Assembly (NCBI GenBank): GCA_034717495.1
Contig: JAYELL010000025.1
Coordinates: forward strand, 25,900-89,899
Direction of reading: 5' to 3'
Length of the DNA stretch: 64,000 nt
Source of the DNA: Chloroflexota bacterium
GTDB taxonomy: Bacteria; Chloroflexota; Anaerolineae; JAAEKA01
The position numbers were made by a program, and so were the translations under genes. Below, one piece after another: positions 9,252-19,471 of this stretch (positions are counted from its first letter, which is position 1; every line of letters begins with the position of its first letter). Below the pieces are notes generated by a model. The model saw nothing but the letters and a program-made list of their open reading frames with translations, was not told the origin of the DNA and did not search any database.

Positions 9252-11528
9252 ATGTATCAAATGGGCCTAACTCAGTTTGAGCTCATCGCCGTCTGGGTCG
9301 TGTTCGGCATCGCCATTATTGGGCTCCTCTATGCTTTGTTCCTGCGCAGGCAGGTACTGGCAGAACCCAAGGGCACAGCCGAAATGATGGAGGTCTGGAA
9401 TGCGATCCGCACTGGTGCGGATGCTTATCTCAGCCGCCAGCTGCGATCGATCATTCCCTTTATCGCTTTACTCACTATTGCGCTGTTCCTCAGTGTCTAC
9501 ATTGTCCCGCCCAGCCACGAAGCTATGGAGCGGTTCAAGGCAATGTCAGATGACCAGATTCGTCTGATTGTTGGCTTTGGGCGCGCCGGTGCCTTTGTCA
9601 TGGGTGCGTTGTTTAGTTTGACGGTGGGACAGATCGGTATGCGCATGGCTGTTCAGGCGAATGTGCGCGTGGCCCAGGCTGCGCGTGTTGGCTTCGCCGG
9701 CGCTCTCAAGGTCGGATACCGCGCAGGCACCATCACAGGCATGTTGACCGATGGCCTTGGCCTGCTCGGAGGTACCTTGATCTTCATCATCTTTGGTGTT
9801 GCCTCACCCGACGTTCTGCTGGGTTTCGGTTTTGGCGGTACACTGATCGCTCTCTTCATGCGTGTAGGTGGTGGTATCTATACCAAGGCTGCTGATGTCG
9901 GCGCCGACCTGGTGGGCAAGGTTGAGCAAGATCTGCCCGAAGATGATCCTCGCAACGCTGCCGTCATCGCTGACCTGGTTGGCGACAACGTTGGCGACTG
10001 CGCTGGTATGGCGGCTGATATCTTCGAGAGCTACGAAGTAACCATTGTTTCCGCCCTGATTCTGGGCCTGGCTTTGCGAGCCCTCACCGGCCATAATGCC
10101 TGGATGATCTATCCACTATTGGTTCGAGGCGTCGGGGTTTTGGCATCCATTGTTGGCACTTATATGGTGCGAACGGAACCGGGAAAACCGGGCGACGCCA
10201 TGGGAGCAATCTTCAAGGGATTTCTCACCTCTGCGGCCATATCAGTTGTCCTGTTCGGCATCATCGCCTTCCTGTATTTGGACACAGTGCCTGGCGGTTG
10301 GTGGCGGCCTTTCCTGGCAACCGCTGTCGGTGTTGCTTTGGCAATTGCCATTGACCGTGTCACTGAATACTTTACCGGGACCCATGGCGCCCCTGTGCAG
10401 GAGGTCTATAATTCTACCGACACCGGTTCAGCTACCACGATTCTTTCTGGCCTCAGCCTGGGAATGGAAGCTACGGTGTGGGCTACTCTGACTATCGCAG
10501 CGGCGATCGCTGCTTCCATCATCCTCTACTCGGGCGTTGGCCAGAATCCGGCTGAGCAGTTCGTATTTGTGCTCTATGGTGTGGCTTTGACGGGCATCGG
10601 CATGCTGACACTGACAGGCAACAACGTCGCAATGGACTCCTTCGGTCCCATTGCCGACAACGCCAATGGCATCGGCGAAATGGCCGGCCTTGAGGATGAT
10701 GCCCGCCAGATCATGGCAGATCTCGATGCGGTTGGCAACACGACCAAAGCGATCACCAAGGGAATCGCGATTGGTTCCGCAGTCATCGCAGCCGTTGCGC
10801 TGTTCGGCGCCTTCATCACCGATGTCGGCCGGATCGATCCGACGGCCCTTCTTCATGGGATTCGCGTTTCCGATCCAAAGGTCTTCGTCGGGTTGCTGAT
10901 CGGTGGTTCAGTACCATGGCTCTTCTCCTCCCTTTCGATCAAGGCAGTCACCCGGGCAGCCAGCCAGATCGTGCAGGAAGTTCGCCGTCAATTCCAGATC
11001 CCCGGGATTTTGGAAGGCACGGTCAAGCCGGACTATGAGCGGCCAGTTGCCATTACCACTTTGGCTGCCCAGAAAGAACTTGCCCCGTTGGCCTGGCTGG
11101 CGGTCGGCACGCCAATCCTGGTCGGTCTGGCGCTCAACGTGGAGGCCCTTGGTGGCTTCCTGGCAGGTGTGATCCTTTCCGGTCAGTTGCTGGCGGTCTT
11201 TATGTCCGATGCTGGCGGCGCCTGGGATAATGCCAAAAAACTTATCGAGGACGAGCCTACCGATCCAGCCAACGATCTGGGCAAGGGCTCGGAGCGGCAC
11301 AAGGCCAGCGTGGTCGGCGACACGGTTGGTGACCCGCTGAAAGACACCGCAGGTCCCGCGCTTAACCCGATGATCAAGGTGATCAACCTGGTTAGCTTGA
11401 TCATTGCACCCATCGTGGTGGCGCAGGAGGGCTTCAGTCTTGGCAGTGCTTTGGTTGTCATCGCTCTGCTGGTGTCTATTGTTTTGGCCATTCGCACCAG
11501 CAAGAGAGAGGTTGAACCAATGACCTAA
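9252..11528 (+). CDS. hppA: membrane-bound H+-translocating pyrophosphatase
   Basis: 16-TM H+-PPase signatures (GGIYTKAADVGADLVGKVE, DNVGDCAGMAADIFESY, GDTVGDPLKDTAGP). Confidence 0.95.
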   Translation: MYQMGLTQFELIAVWVVFGIAIIGLLYALFLRRQVLAEPKGTAEMMEVWNAIRTGADAYLSRQLRSIIPFIALLTIALFLSVYIVPPSHEAMERFKAMSDDQIRLIVGFGRAGAFVMGALFSLTVGQIGMRMAVQANVRVAQAARVGFAGALKVGYRAGTITGMLTDGLGLLGGTLIFIIFGVASPDVLLGFGFGGTLIALFMRVGGGIYTKAADVGADLVGKVEQDLPEDDPRNAAVIADLVGDNVGDCAGMAADIFESYEVTIVSALILGLALRALTGHNAWMIYPLLVRGVGVLASIVGTYMVRTEPGKPGDAMGAIFKGFLTSAAISVVLFGIIAFLYLDTVPGGWWRPFLATAVGVALAIAIDRVTEYFTGTHGAPVQEVYNSTDTGSATTILSGLSLGMEATVWATLTIAAAIAASIILYSGVGQNPAEQFVFVLYGVALTGIGMLTLTGNNVAMDSFGPIADNANGIGEMAGLEDDARQIMADLDAVGNTTKAITKGIAIGSAVIAAVALFGAFITDVGRIDPTALLHGIRVSDPKVFVGLLIGGSVPWLFSSLSIKAVTRAASQIVQEVRRQFQIPGILEGTVKPDYERPVAITTLAAQKELAPLAWLAVGTPILVGLALNVEALGGFLAGVILSGQLLAVFMSDAGGAWDNAKKLIEDEPTDPANDLGKGSERHKASVVGDTVGDPLKDTAGPALNPMIKVINLVSLIIAPIVVAQEGFSLGSALVVIALLVSIVLAIRTSKREVEPMT

Positions 11529-11555
11529 CGACGCCATTCGGGCGTGATAGGATGC

Positions 11556-11593
11556 AAAAGGCTGGGTGAGTCTGAACTCACCCAGCCTTTATG
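11556..11593. terminator. intrinsic terminator after hppA
   Basis: 11-bp stem GGCTGGGTGAG/CTCACCCAGCC, loop tctgaa, followed by TTT; preceded by AAAA. Confidence 0.6.
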
Positions 11594-11612
11594 CTAAGAA
11601 GATCATTATCTG

Positions 11613-12737
11613 GTGCGAAAGAGACTTGTCCACACTGAACCGAGGGAAAAGATGAGCGAGCAAGGCCAATCTGAAAGGCAAGATGCGATGGTGCAAGAGC
11701 AAGGTAATCTGCCGGCAGCCTATTGTTATGACCCCTTCAACCTGCGGCATCATATGACGGGGCATCCTGAAAACCGGGAGCGCCTGCGGGGAACCTGGGA
11801 TCTGCTGCAACAAGATGGTGTTTTGCAGAATATGTTGGAGATACCCTCTACACCTGTGAGCGACGAGCGCTTGCTGAGAATCCACACGAAACGCCATCTT
11901 TCCCGGGTAAGACAGGCTGCAGAACGGGGCACCCACCTGGACCCGGACACCTACGTTGGATCCGATTCTGAAGAGGCCGCCAGGTTAGCTTGCGGCGGCC
12001 TATGCAATCTGGTCAACGCGGTGCTCAGCGGCACAGCTCGCAATGGATTTGCCCTGGTGCGTCCTCCGGGTCATCACGCTACCCCCGATCACGCCATGGG
12101 TTTCTGTTTGTACAACAATGTGGCTGTGGCTGCTCGGGCCGCACAGGAAGAGCATGGCGTGGAGCGAGTCTTGATCGTGGACTTCGACGTTCACCATGGG
12201 AACGGCACCCAGGATGCCTTCTACCAGGATGGCAGCGTGATGTTCTTCAGCACCCACCAGTATCCCTATTATCCCGGCTCAGGAGACTGGAACCAGACCG
12301 GCCTCGGGCAGGGCACTGGCGCGACGGTGAATGTTCCCTTCTCCGCCGGCGTGGGCGACGAGGGGTATCAAAGTGCGTTCGCGCAGATATTGTTGCCCCT
12401 GGCTCATCGGTTTCGACCCGATTTGATCCTGGTCTCCGCCGGCTATGATGCACACTGGAATGATCCGTTGGCGAGCATGCAACTTACCCTGACAGGCTAT
12501 GCCGATCTGGTGGGCCGCTTGATCGAGATGGCAGATGAGTTAAACAATGGACGGATTGTTTTTTCTCTGGAAGGTGGCTATCATCTGGAAGTGTTGGCCC
12601 ATGCCGTGCTCAATACGTTGCGTCTGTTGAGTGACGGGTCCCAGGAAATCAGTGATCCCCTGGGGCCGTGCCCATGGCCTGACCGGGAGCATCATGAGGT
12701 AGTGATGCAGGTGCGCCATGTCCATGGGCTGCGGTGA
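11613..12737 (+). CDS. histone deacetylase-family protein (AcuC/acetylpolyamine amidohydrolase-like)
   Basis: HDAC motifs (GFCLYNNVAVA, DFDVHHGNGTQ, SAGYDAH); start could be the internal ATG at ~11652. Confidence 0.85.
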   Translation: MRKRLVHTEPREKMSEQGQSERQDAMVQEQGNLPAAYCYDPFNLRHHMTGHPENRERLRGTWDLLQQDGVLQNMLEIPSTPVSDERLLRIHTKRHLSRVRQAAERGTHLDPDTYVGSDSEEAARLACGGLCNLVNAVLSGTARNGFALVRPPGHHATPDHAMGFCLYNNVAVAARAAQEEHGVERVLIVDFDVHHGNGTQDAFYQDGSVMFFSTHQYPYYPGSGDWNQTGLGQGTGATVNVPFSAGVGDEGYQSAFAQILLPLAHRFRPDLILVSAGYDAHWNDPLASMQLTLTGYADLVGRLIEMADELNNGRIVFSLEGGYHLEVLAHAVLNTLRLLSDGSQEISDPLGPCPWPDREHHEVVMQVRHVHGLR

Positions 12738-12793
12738 TCCTGCCATCTACAACCACTTGCTGATCTTGGCTGCGTGGGTGACCTCATGTTAAA

Positions 12794-13288
12794 ATGGACT
12801 TCACAACCCATAACATTCAGAGATTTAAGGAGAAAAACGTGGAACGAACCCTGGTGATCATCAAACCTGATGGTGTACAGCGAGGCTTGATCGGTGAAAT
12901 TATCACGCGATTGGAAAGACGCGGCCTGCGAATTGCCGGTATGAAGCTGTTGCAGGTCAGCAATGAGTTGGCGCACACACATTATGCCGTGCATGAGGGC
13001 AAGCCCTTTTTTGCCGGCCTGATCCAGTTCATTACTTCGGGTCCTGTGGTCGTGATGGCTCTGGAGGGCAGCAACGCTATCGCGGTGACCCGCAAGACTC
13101 TGGGAACGACCTCGCCGGGTCAGGCTGAGCCGGGCACCATTCGGGCAGATTTCGGCATGGATATCGGATTCAATCTCGTTCACGGATCTGATGGTGCTGA
13201 GACCGCAGCGCAGGAACTGGCATTATGGTTCGGCGAGAATGAACTGGTGAGTTTCGAGCGAGCCATCGATCCCTGGATCTATGAGTGA
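12794..13288 (+). CDS. ndk: nucleoside diphosphate kinase
   Basis: [28 protein letters not shown] motifs; N-terminal start uncertain (possibly GTG ~12838). Confidence 0.9.
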   Translation: MDFTTHNIQRFKEKNVERTLVIIKPDGVQRGLIGEIITRLERRGLRIAGMKLLQVSNELAHTHYAVHEGKPFFAGLIQFITSGPVVVMALEGSNAIAVTRKTLGTTSPGQAEPGTIRADFGMDIGFNLVHGSDGAETAAQELALWFGENELVSFERAIDPWIYE

Positions 13289-13314
13289 TACCTGATTCCC
13301 GGCCTGATCAGGCC

Positions 13315-13681
13315 CTACTGGATCTTCAAGACCACCTGTGCGTCCTTCCAGAGCTGCTCGAGGTCATAGAATTGACGGGTGGATTCGTTAAAGACGTGTA
13401 CGACGACGTCCCCGTAATCGAGTAGCGTCCAGCCGGCATCGGGCTTGCCTTCCGGTGGCCTGAGAGGAAGAATATCCTCTTTTTTGAGATCCGATGCGAT
13501 CGAATCGAGTATCGCTTTGGTCTGGCGGGTACTATCCGACGTACAGATCACAAAGTAGTCGGCCAGCACCGAAATCTCACGCAGGTCGAGCAACGTGATG
13601 GCCGATGCCTGCTTTTCTTCAGCCAATTCGATGATCTTTCGTGCGAGTTCAGATGAGTTCAGAGTGGTATCTCCTGATATG
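13315..13681 (-). CDS. rsfS: ribosomal silencing factor RsfS (Iojap)
   Basis: DLREISVLADYFVICTSDSTRQ...VVVHVFNESTRQFYDLEQLW; start codon uncertain (GTG candidate at 13681). Confidence 0.8.
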
Positions 13682-13751
13682 CTGGAACTGTTTTGACCCA
13701 CTGGCGACCCGAATTTTAGCACAGGGTGGGCGCTAGCACAAAGGAACCGGA

Positions 13752-15320
13752 TCAGGGTGCTTGTTCCCCTTCGATGGTACAACTGGTGTCGATAGGGGAG
13801 GGAAGAGAAAGCCCCCATCGGTGCGCCTGGGTTGGTTCCGAAACAGGCTGGCGAGTTGTGGTATGGTCATAGGCTCGACCGGCGATACCGGGCCACTGTA
13901 ACTCAGCGGCTATCTTCCGGGAAGCGGCGAACTCTGCCGGCAGGGTTGCGTTCAGGTCCCGATAGGGGGAGACCGTACCGACGACCCAGGCCCGTTGGCC
14001 TGCGGGAATCTGATTGAGGGCTTCCAGGTTGTTGGCGAAGAGAGGATGCCAACTCAGAGCCTGTTGCCAGTAATAGTTGAATACCGGTGCATCCAATTCG
14101 TCGACCCAGAGCGAATCATCCGGCCGGGTTTCTCTCGCCAGCGCGGCAGCAACCTGGTTCCAGGGAGGTTTGGGCGCCGTCAGAATAGTCATCAGGCTTA
14201 GCGTCAATAATATAGCAAACAGGCCTGTCGCGAGAATTCCCCACCTGTTTCGGTGTTGGCTGAATGACGGCCTGTCACGTACGATTACCCACGCGGCGGC
14301 CACCGCCGCGAAGGGAAGCAGGATGACGAGATGCCTCTTGATAGTGAAGAGCGCTGGCAGCACGCCCAGGATTGCCAACCCTGCGAACAGAACAAGCAGG
14401 ATGACCCCGGCCGGTAGACTTCGCAACCCATCGCGGGACCGAGGATACCTCGCCAGGATGAAAGCCAGGACAAACGCCAGGCAGATAGCTGCCAGCAAGG
14501 TGAAGGAAAGTAATGGTCGGGCCAGCTCCGGCGTCAAAGATACCCCCAGTGCCTGTGCCCGGACCGCCAGAAAATCGGCCTGGTAGGAGAACCTTCTCAG
14601 AACCTGCCGTTGAGGTGAGATCAGCCACCAGCCCACGAAGGGCAGCAACAATGCTGCCTGCAACAGCGCCCACCGCAACCCCCTGTTGTGTGGTTGGTTC
14701 TTCTCCTGTTCTCTCCAGGGCCAACCGCTGGCGAGAATCAGGTTCAGGCCACCCCAAATGACCAGGGCCCCATACTCCACGAAAAGCGCTGACCATCCAA
14801 GGATCAGGTAAATGAAGGCGCTGACCAATCTCGGGTGTTTCCACCAGCGTAATCCGGCCAGCACCATGCCCAGGGCCAGCGTAGTCAGAAGCGCGTATGG
14901 ACGAGCCTCTTGACTGTACCACACGTGAAGGGGAGCCACGGCAATCAGGGCGGCAGTGGCGATAGCCGCCCACTCTCTCCACCGGCTATCCAGTGAAGCT
15001 GGGATAACTTCTCTCGCCAGCGTCCAGGTCAAGGGCACGGCAAGCGCTCCCAACAGCGCTGACGGGAAACGAAGCCACCATTCACTGGTGCCCAGCGTTG
15101 TCACTGCGCGCAGCATGAGGTAGTACCCGGGAGGATGAGGGTCGCAGAGTTGCCAGATGAGCCTCTGGAGGGGAAGTTGAGAGAAGAAGTAGCTGCTACC
15201 CTCGTCGGGAACCAGCGATTTGCTTCCCAGTGCCAGCAGTCGAAGCAGAAATGCCCCAAGGGTCAGCAGAATCAACAGATAGATGAAAAGGTTAGGAGGT
15301 TTGCTCTGGGTCTTCACGAG
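13752..15320 (-). CDS. GT-C fold glycosyltransferase (GT39/ArnT/PMT-like, polyprenyl-phosphate-sugar dependent)
   Basis: Multi-TM PMT_2-like N-terminus (SKSLVPDEGSSYFFSQ...), large C-terminal extracytoplasmic domain; start ambiguous (GTG ~15320 or TTG just downstream of ligase stop). Confidence 0.6.
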   Translation of the reverse strand, partial: LVKTQSKPPNLFIYLLILLTLGAFLLRLLALGSKSLVPDEGSSYFFSQLPLQRLIWQLCDPHPPGYYLMLRAVTTLGTSEWWLRFPSALLGALAVPLTWTLAREVIPASLDSRWREWAAIATAALIAVAPLHVWYSQEARPYALLTTLALGMVLAGLRWWKHPRLVSAFIYLILGWSALFVEYGALVIWGGLNLILASGWPWREQEKNQPHNRGLRWALLQAALLLPFVGWWLISPQRQVLRRFSYQADFLAVRAQALGVSLTPELARPLLSFTLLAAICLAFVLAFILARYPRSRDGLRSLPAGVILLVLFAGLAILGVLPALFTIKRHLVILLPFAAVAAAWVIVRDRPSFSQHRNRWGILATGLFAILLTLSLMTILTAPKPPWNQVAAALARETRPDDSLWVDELDAPVFNYYWQQALSWHPLFANNLEALNQIPAGQRAWVVGTVSPYRDLNATLPAEFAASRKIAAELQWPGIAGRAYDHTTTRQPVSEPTQAHRWGLSLPSPIDTSCTIEGEQAP

Positions 15321-16791
15321 AATCGCTGTCGCCGGATGATGATGTTGATGCCCCACTGCTCTCGTCCAAACAAGGTCGCGTGAGCAGGTGGGTCGAGACT
15401 GCTGCTGCTGCGCCAAACACGGCGAAGCTCAAGGCATACCCCCGCTGGGCCACCAGGGGTGCATCGGTCAGTCCATGGCTGGCATAGGCGATCAGACTGC
15501 CAAACAAACCAATGGCCAGCGCGGTCAGATCAGCGGTCGCTGAGTCCTTTTGCTCCCGACTCTGCCAGCTTTTTGATGCAACAACAAGACCGGCCGCCAG
15601 AGCCAGAAACATGGCAAGTTGTGCGATCAATCCCGGAATCCCCAGTTCAGCAGCTGTCAACAGGAAGATGTTGTGGGCGTGAATGAACTCCCCGGTGAAC
15701 TCGTTGAAGAAAGGAGGATAAAGTACCATGACGACCCGTTCGAACATACCAGGTCCCACGCCCGAAAGGCCGAAGTCCCTGACAATCGCCAGGGATCGGA
15801 TCCACAGTTCAATGCGGCTGGGCAAGGTATCAAGCGACGTGCCTGTTGTCTGTACAGGTTCGAAGAGGTTGGAGACCAGCCATCCAGGCCTGGTTAGCAG
15901 AAGGATCACACCTCCGACGATACCGGCGATGACCACGACCATCCACCAGCGCCGGTATCGCAGCAACGGCATCAGCAACAGTGCCACAACCGCAGCAACC
16001 CAGGCGCCTCTTGACTGGGTAAGCATCAAGACCAATGCCACCAGAATCACGGCGATGATGGCAAGGATGCGCAGCCAACGAGTCCTGGACCATGCTGCCA
16101 GTGCGACTGCCGGCGGCAACAGAATTACCATAGCGCCCCCGGTCAGGTTGGGATGGGTCCCTTCCGATTGCCATGGCAGAAACCTGGTGGGCAGGAAGTC
16201 ATAGAGGATTGATGGCAGAAGCCCTTTCCCGGGAAACCAGCGTGTGCCTGCCACCATGAGCAAGGCCAGGACAAGCGAACCTGTCAGGAACACCCCCGGC
16301 AGATACCGCATCCAGGCGCTGCCGGCCAACCCAGCCAGGCCGTACAAGATTGCCCACCCGGCGATGATCTTGTACACCGCTGGCCAACTGGTCATTGGAT
16401 CGGCGCTGGCCCAGACTCCCAGCGGCAACAGGAGCAGAAAAAGTAGATTGGGCCAGTCGACAGGGGTTCTCGGTACCAGGGTGCCGCTGCTCAAGGCCCG
16501 CCAGGCAAACAGCGTCGCAAGCCCCGCCAGCGCGGCAACGAGGACAGCACCGGGAATGCGACCTGGAAACAGCAACGGGACCGCCAAGGCTGCACAACCC
16601 ATCAAGAAGGCCAGGGCGCGCCATTCCACAGCCAGGTGTGTTCTGAAATTAGAGGGGGATGTTTCGCCGGCGTGCGTCATGTGAGCCCCACTATAACATA
16701 TTGCCAGAACTGATGCAAAGCGTTTTACCTGTCGAATGGCATACGGCCTGGCAACGCTAAGCTGACCACTCGATGAACAGGGAACAAGCAT
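15292..16791 (-). CDS. O-antigen ligase/Wzy_C family membrane protein
   Basis: 10-12 TM with LTQSRGAWVAAVVALLLMP Wzy_C motif region; alternative start MTHAGETS at 16680. Confidence 0.65.
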   Translation of the reverse strand: MLVPCSSSGQLSVARPYAIRQVKRFASVLAICYSGAHMTHAGETSPSNFRTHLAVEWRALAFLMGCAALAVPLLFPGRIPGAVLVAALAGLATLFAWRALSSGTLVPRTPVDWPNLLFLLLLPLGVWASADPMTSWPAVYKIIAGWAILYGLAGLAGSAWMRYLPGVFLTGSLVLALLMVAGTRWFPGKGLLPSILYDFLPTRFLPWQSEGTHPNLTGGAMVILLPPAVALAAWSRTRWLRILAIIAVILVALVLMLTQSRGAWVAAVVALLLMPLLRYRRWWMVVVIAGIVGGVILLLTRPGWLVSNLFEPVQTTGTSLDTLPSRIELWIRSLAIVRDFGLSGVGPGMFERVVMVLYPPFFNEFTGEFIHAHNIFLLTAAELGIPGLIAQLAMFLALAAGLVVASKSWQSREQKDSATADLTALAIGLFGSLIAYASHGLTDAPLVAQRGYALSFAVFGAAAAVSTHLLTRPCLDESSGASTSSSGDSDSREDPEQTS

Positions 16792-16976
16792 AGAGTATGT
16801 TGCGTCTGAAACTGAGATGAACCCTGTACCCGGACAACATCAGAAATCACCGAAGAGACCGCATGGCAGAGCTGTGTCATGCTTCTCCTGGTTTGGTGAT
16901 AATGACCTTTGATGTTAGAATCTCTGCACGTTCTTCAAAAGAACACCCCATTCCAGAAAGGAGGATGCGGTATCTT

Positions 16977-19421
16977 ATGAATATGTTCAAGAAGCCAGGT
17001 CTGCCAATTCTCATAGCCACCTTGTTGGTGGTAAGTGTGTTGGCTGCCTGTGCCACCGCAAGTGCCGAAACAATCGTCGAACATGAAGCGGCCGCTGCTC
17101 AGAGCAGTGGCGAGACTATCGTCCTGTACGTCGGACCAACCCTGGTTGATTGTGTGGGCGCATCGCCCCAGAAGTGCATGCTCGTCAAACAGAATCCTGA
17201 AGACGACTACCAGTATTTCTATGATCAGATCGAGGGCTTCGACTACGAGGAAGGCTACGAATACCAACTGTTGGTCAACGTCCAGCAGGTGGAGAACCCA
17301 CCGGCCGATGCCTCCAGCCTGAAGTTCACCCTGGTGGAGATGGTCGAGAAAACACCTGTCGATGCCGCCGTTGGCACCGGCGAGTCCGCTGGCAGCCATG
17401 AAGGCACCCTTTGGGTGCTTCAATCCTACGCCAACGTTGATGGAGAGACGGTGTCCGTCTTGCCAAATACGCGCGTTACCGCTGAATTCCTGGAAGGTCA
17501 AGTTGCCGGGGACACCGGATGCAACCGCTATTTCGGAACTTACGTTCTTGATGGGAGCAACCTGACTGTTGAACTCGGAGGGGTCACCATGAGGGCTTGT
17601 CCTGGGCTCATCATGACCCAGGAGAAGGATTTCCTGGATGCACTGGCCAGTTCGGCGACCTATGCGGTCGATGGTGAACAGTTGGAAATTTCCAACACCG
17701 ACGGTGACGTCGTTCTCACCTTCGCGGCTGATCAGCCCCTGTCTCTGACAGGCACCCCCTGGCAATTGATCTCCTTCAACACCGGCAATGCCCTGTTGTC
17801 CAGCCTGACAACCGAGTTGATCACGGCCGAATTCGGTGAAGATGGAAACATGACCGGGTTTGCCGGTTGCAACAATTATACAGCACGCTACCGCACCAAG
17901 GATGATAGCATCGAGATCGGTCCGGCGGCCACCACACGCAAGATGTGTGCGGAGCCGCAGGATGTGATGGAAACGGAAGCAGGCTATCTGGCTGCCCTGG
18001 AGCGAGCTGCCAGCTACCAGATCGAGGGAATCGAGCTGACTCTGCTAGACCAGGATGGCACGCGGGTTGCAATCTATCGGGCTTCAGGCGAGACAGCGGA
18101 AGTTGCACCTGATACTGAAGTGATTGCACCAGCAGTTCCCGTGGCAGAGCCAACACCGGAGGTAGTGGACACCTATCACGCCCTGCTGCCGTCGGCCGAC
18201 AGCCGGGGCCGCGTGGTTGAGCTCGATTTGATGGATGATGGCAGCGCTACGCTGATCATCGATTACCTCAATGATGAGCCACCGATTGTTGAGACGGGCA
18301 CCTGGCAGGCTAACGACGATGGCACAGTGACTCTCACATTGCTTGCCATAGATGATCGTGCCCTTAACGATCCCGATGTGATCACCTTCGAAACAGACGG
18401 GGATAACTTGCGGGCGGTTGACTATGACGCGGAGCTTTACGGCTCGGCCGGCCTGCCGCTCAGCAGACAAGGGGACTACCACGAGCAGATCGAAGGCGCG
18501 AAGCGTGCATTCCTGATACTTGATCTGGAAGCAGGCTTCCCGCTGGATCCCTTCTTCGTCAGTGTCAACGGTGGCGGTGAGCTGGATGCCAGCACCTATG
18601 TGGATGGCTGCACCGGCTTCGTGCATAAGGATCCAATTGTCAGCGTTGATTGGGAAGGTGAAACCGACTTCATCGAGGTCTTCTTCTACAGCGATCATGA
18701 CCCGACCTTGATCATTCAGAAGCCGGACGGCAGCTTCGTCTGCAATGACGATGCCAATGCCCTGCTTCTGGATCCGGTCGTCGAGATGGCGAATCCTGAG
18801 AAGGGTATCTATAACATCTGGGTCGGTAGTTACCACGAGAATCAGTTGATTCCCGGTGTGTTGGTGATTACGACGCGACCCGATGTGAACATCGGAACCT
18901 TCACCCTGGACGGGCTGGTCAGCCGTGAAGCCATCCCCGAGGTTTTGCAGACGCCTGAAGGGCGCAAGGCTGCGGAAGAGTTGCTGGCCATGATCGAAGC
19001 CCGGCAAGGCGACATCGAGAAGCTGACCTCTGGCAGCGAGCCGAAGCAGGTGGATATCACCGCCGAGGGCGATGTTGCTGCCTTTGAGTTCGACATCGAA
19101 GGTGCGATCTGTAACGGACATATCGGGGAAATCCCTGACTACGTCTTTGACTGGTCGGGTACCGATCCTTTTGCCGTGTACTTCGAGGGTAATCAGGATG
19201 CGACCCTGGTTTTGGTCCAGCCTGGCGGCGCTGTGGTCTGCAACGACGACGCAGTTGCCGGGGAAAACCTCAATCCCTACGTGGTGCTCGAACAACCCCC
19301 TGAGGGCCTGTACGCCATCTTCGTCGGGCGAATCGATCCGGAGACCCCGGTCACAGGCCAATTGACGATCGCCGGAATTCCTGACGCGGACGTCGATGTC
19401 CTGGAACCGGCCGGCGAGTAA
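16977..19421 (+). CDS. large secreted lipoprotein with two META/HslJ-like domains and two C-terminal pre-peptidase-like repeats
   Basis: Lipobox LAAC; META motifs (TGCNRYFGTY...MRACP; AGCNNYTARY...RKMC); internal C-terminal repeat (DWEGETDF...VCNDD / DWSGTDPF...VCNDD); SD AAGGAGG 12 nt upstream. Confidence 0.6.
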   Translation: MNMFKKPGLPILIATLLVVSVLAACATASAETIVEHEAAAAQSSGETIVLYVGPTLVDCVGASPQKCMLVKQNPEDDYQYFYDQIEGFDYEEGYEYQLLVNVQQVENPPADASSLKFTLVEMVEKTPVDAAVGTGESAGSHEGTLWVLQSYANVDGETVSVLPNTRVTAEFLEGQVAGDTGCNRYFGTYVLDGSNLTVELGGVTMRACPGLIMTQEKDFLDALASSATYAVDGEQLEISNTDGDVVLTFAADQPLSLTGTPWQLISFNTGNALLSSLTTELITAEFGEDGNMTGFAGCNNYTARYRTKDDSIEIGPAATTRKMCAEPQDVMETEAGYLAALERAASYQIEGIELTLLDQDGTRVAIYRASGETAEVAPDTEVIAPAVPVAEPTPEVVDTYHALLPSADSRGRVVELDLMDDGSATLIIDYLNDEPPIVETGTWQANDDGTVTLTLLAIDDRALNDPDVITFETDGDNLRAVDYDAELYGSAGLPLSRQGDYHEQIEGAKRAFLILDLEAGFPLDPFFVSVNGGGELDASTYVDGCTGFVHKDPIVSVDWEGETDFIEVFFYSDHDPTLIIQKPDGSFVCNDDANALLLDPVVEMANPEKGIYNIWVGSYHENQLIPGVLVITTRPDVNIGTFTLDGLVSREAIPEVLQTPEGRKAAEELLAMIEARQGDIEKLTSGSEPKQVDITAEGDVAAFEFDIEGAICNGHIGEIPDYVFDWSGTDPFAVYFEGNQDATLVLVQPGGAVVCNDDAVAGENLNPYVVLEQPPEGLYAIFVGRIDPETPVTGQLTIAGIPDADVDVLEPAGE

Positions 19422-19471
19422 GCTGGGAGCTTTCGATGACTAACTCAACTATGGTTAAACAAGGAGCCTGA

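Noticed and set aside
18084-19361. 425-aa minus-strand ORF antisense to the META lipoprotein gene (and similar long antisense ORFs at 5380-6090, 10428-10856, 16935-17765, 25554-26192)
   Set aside because: Typical high-GC shadow ORFs. Low-complexity Arg/Gly/Pro-rich translations fully overlap well-supported genes on the other strand.
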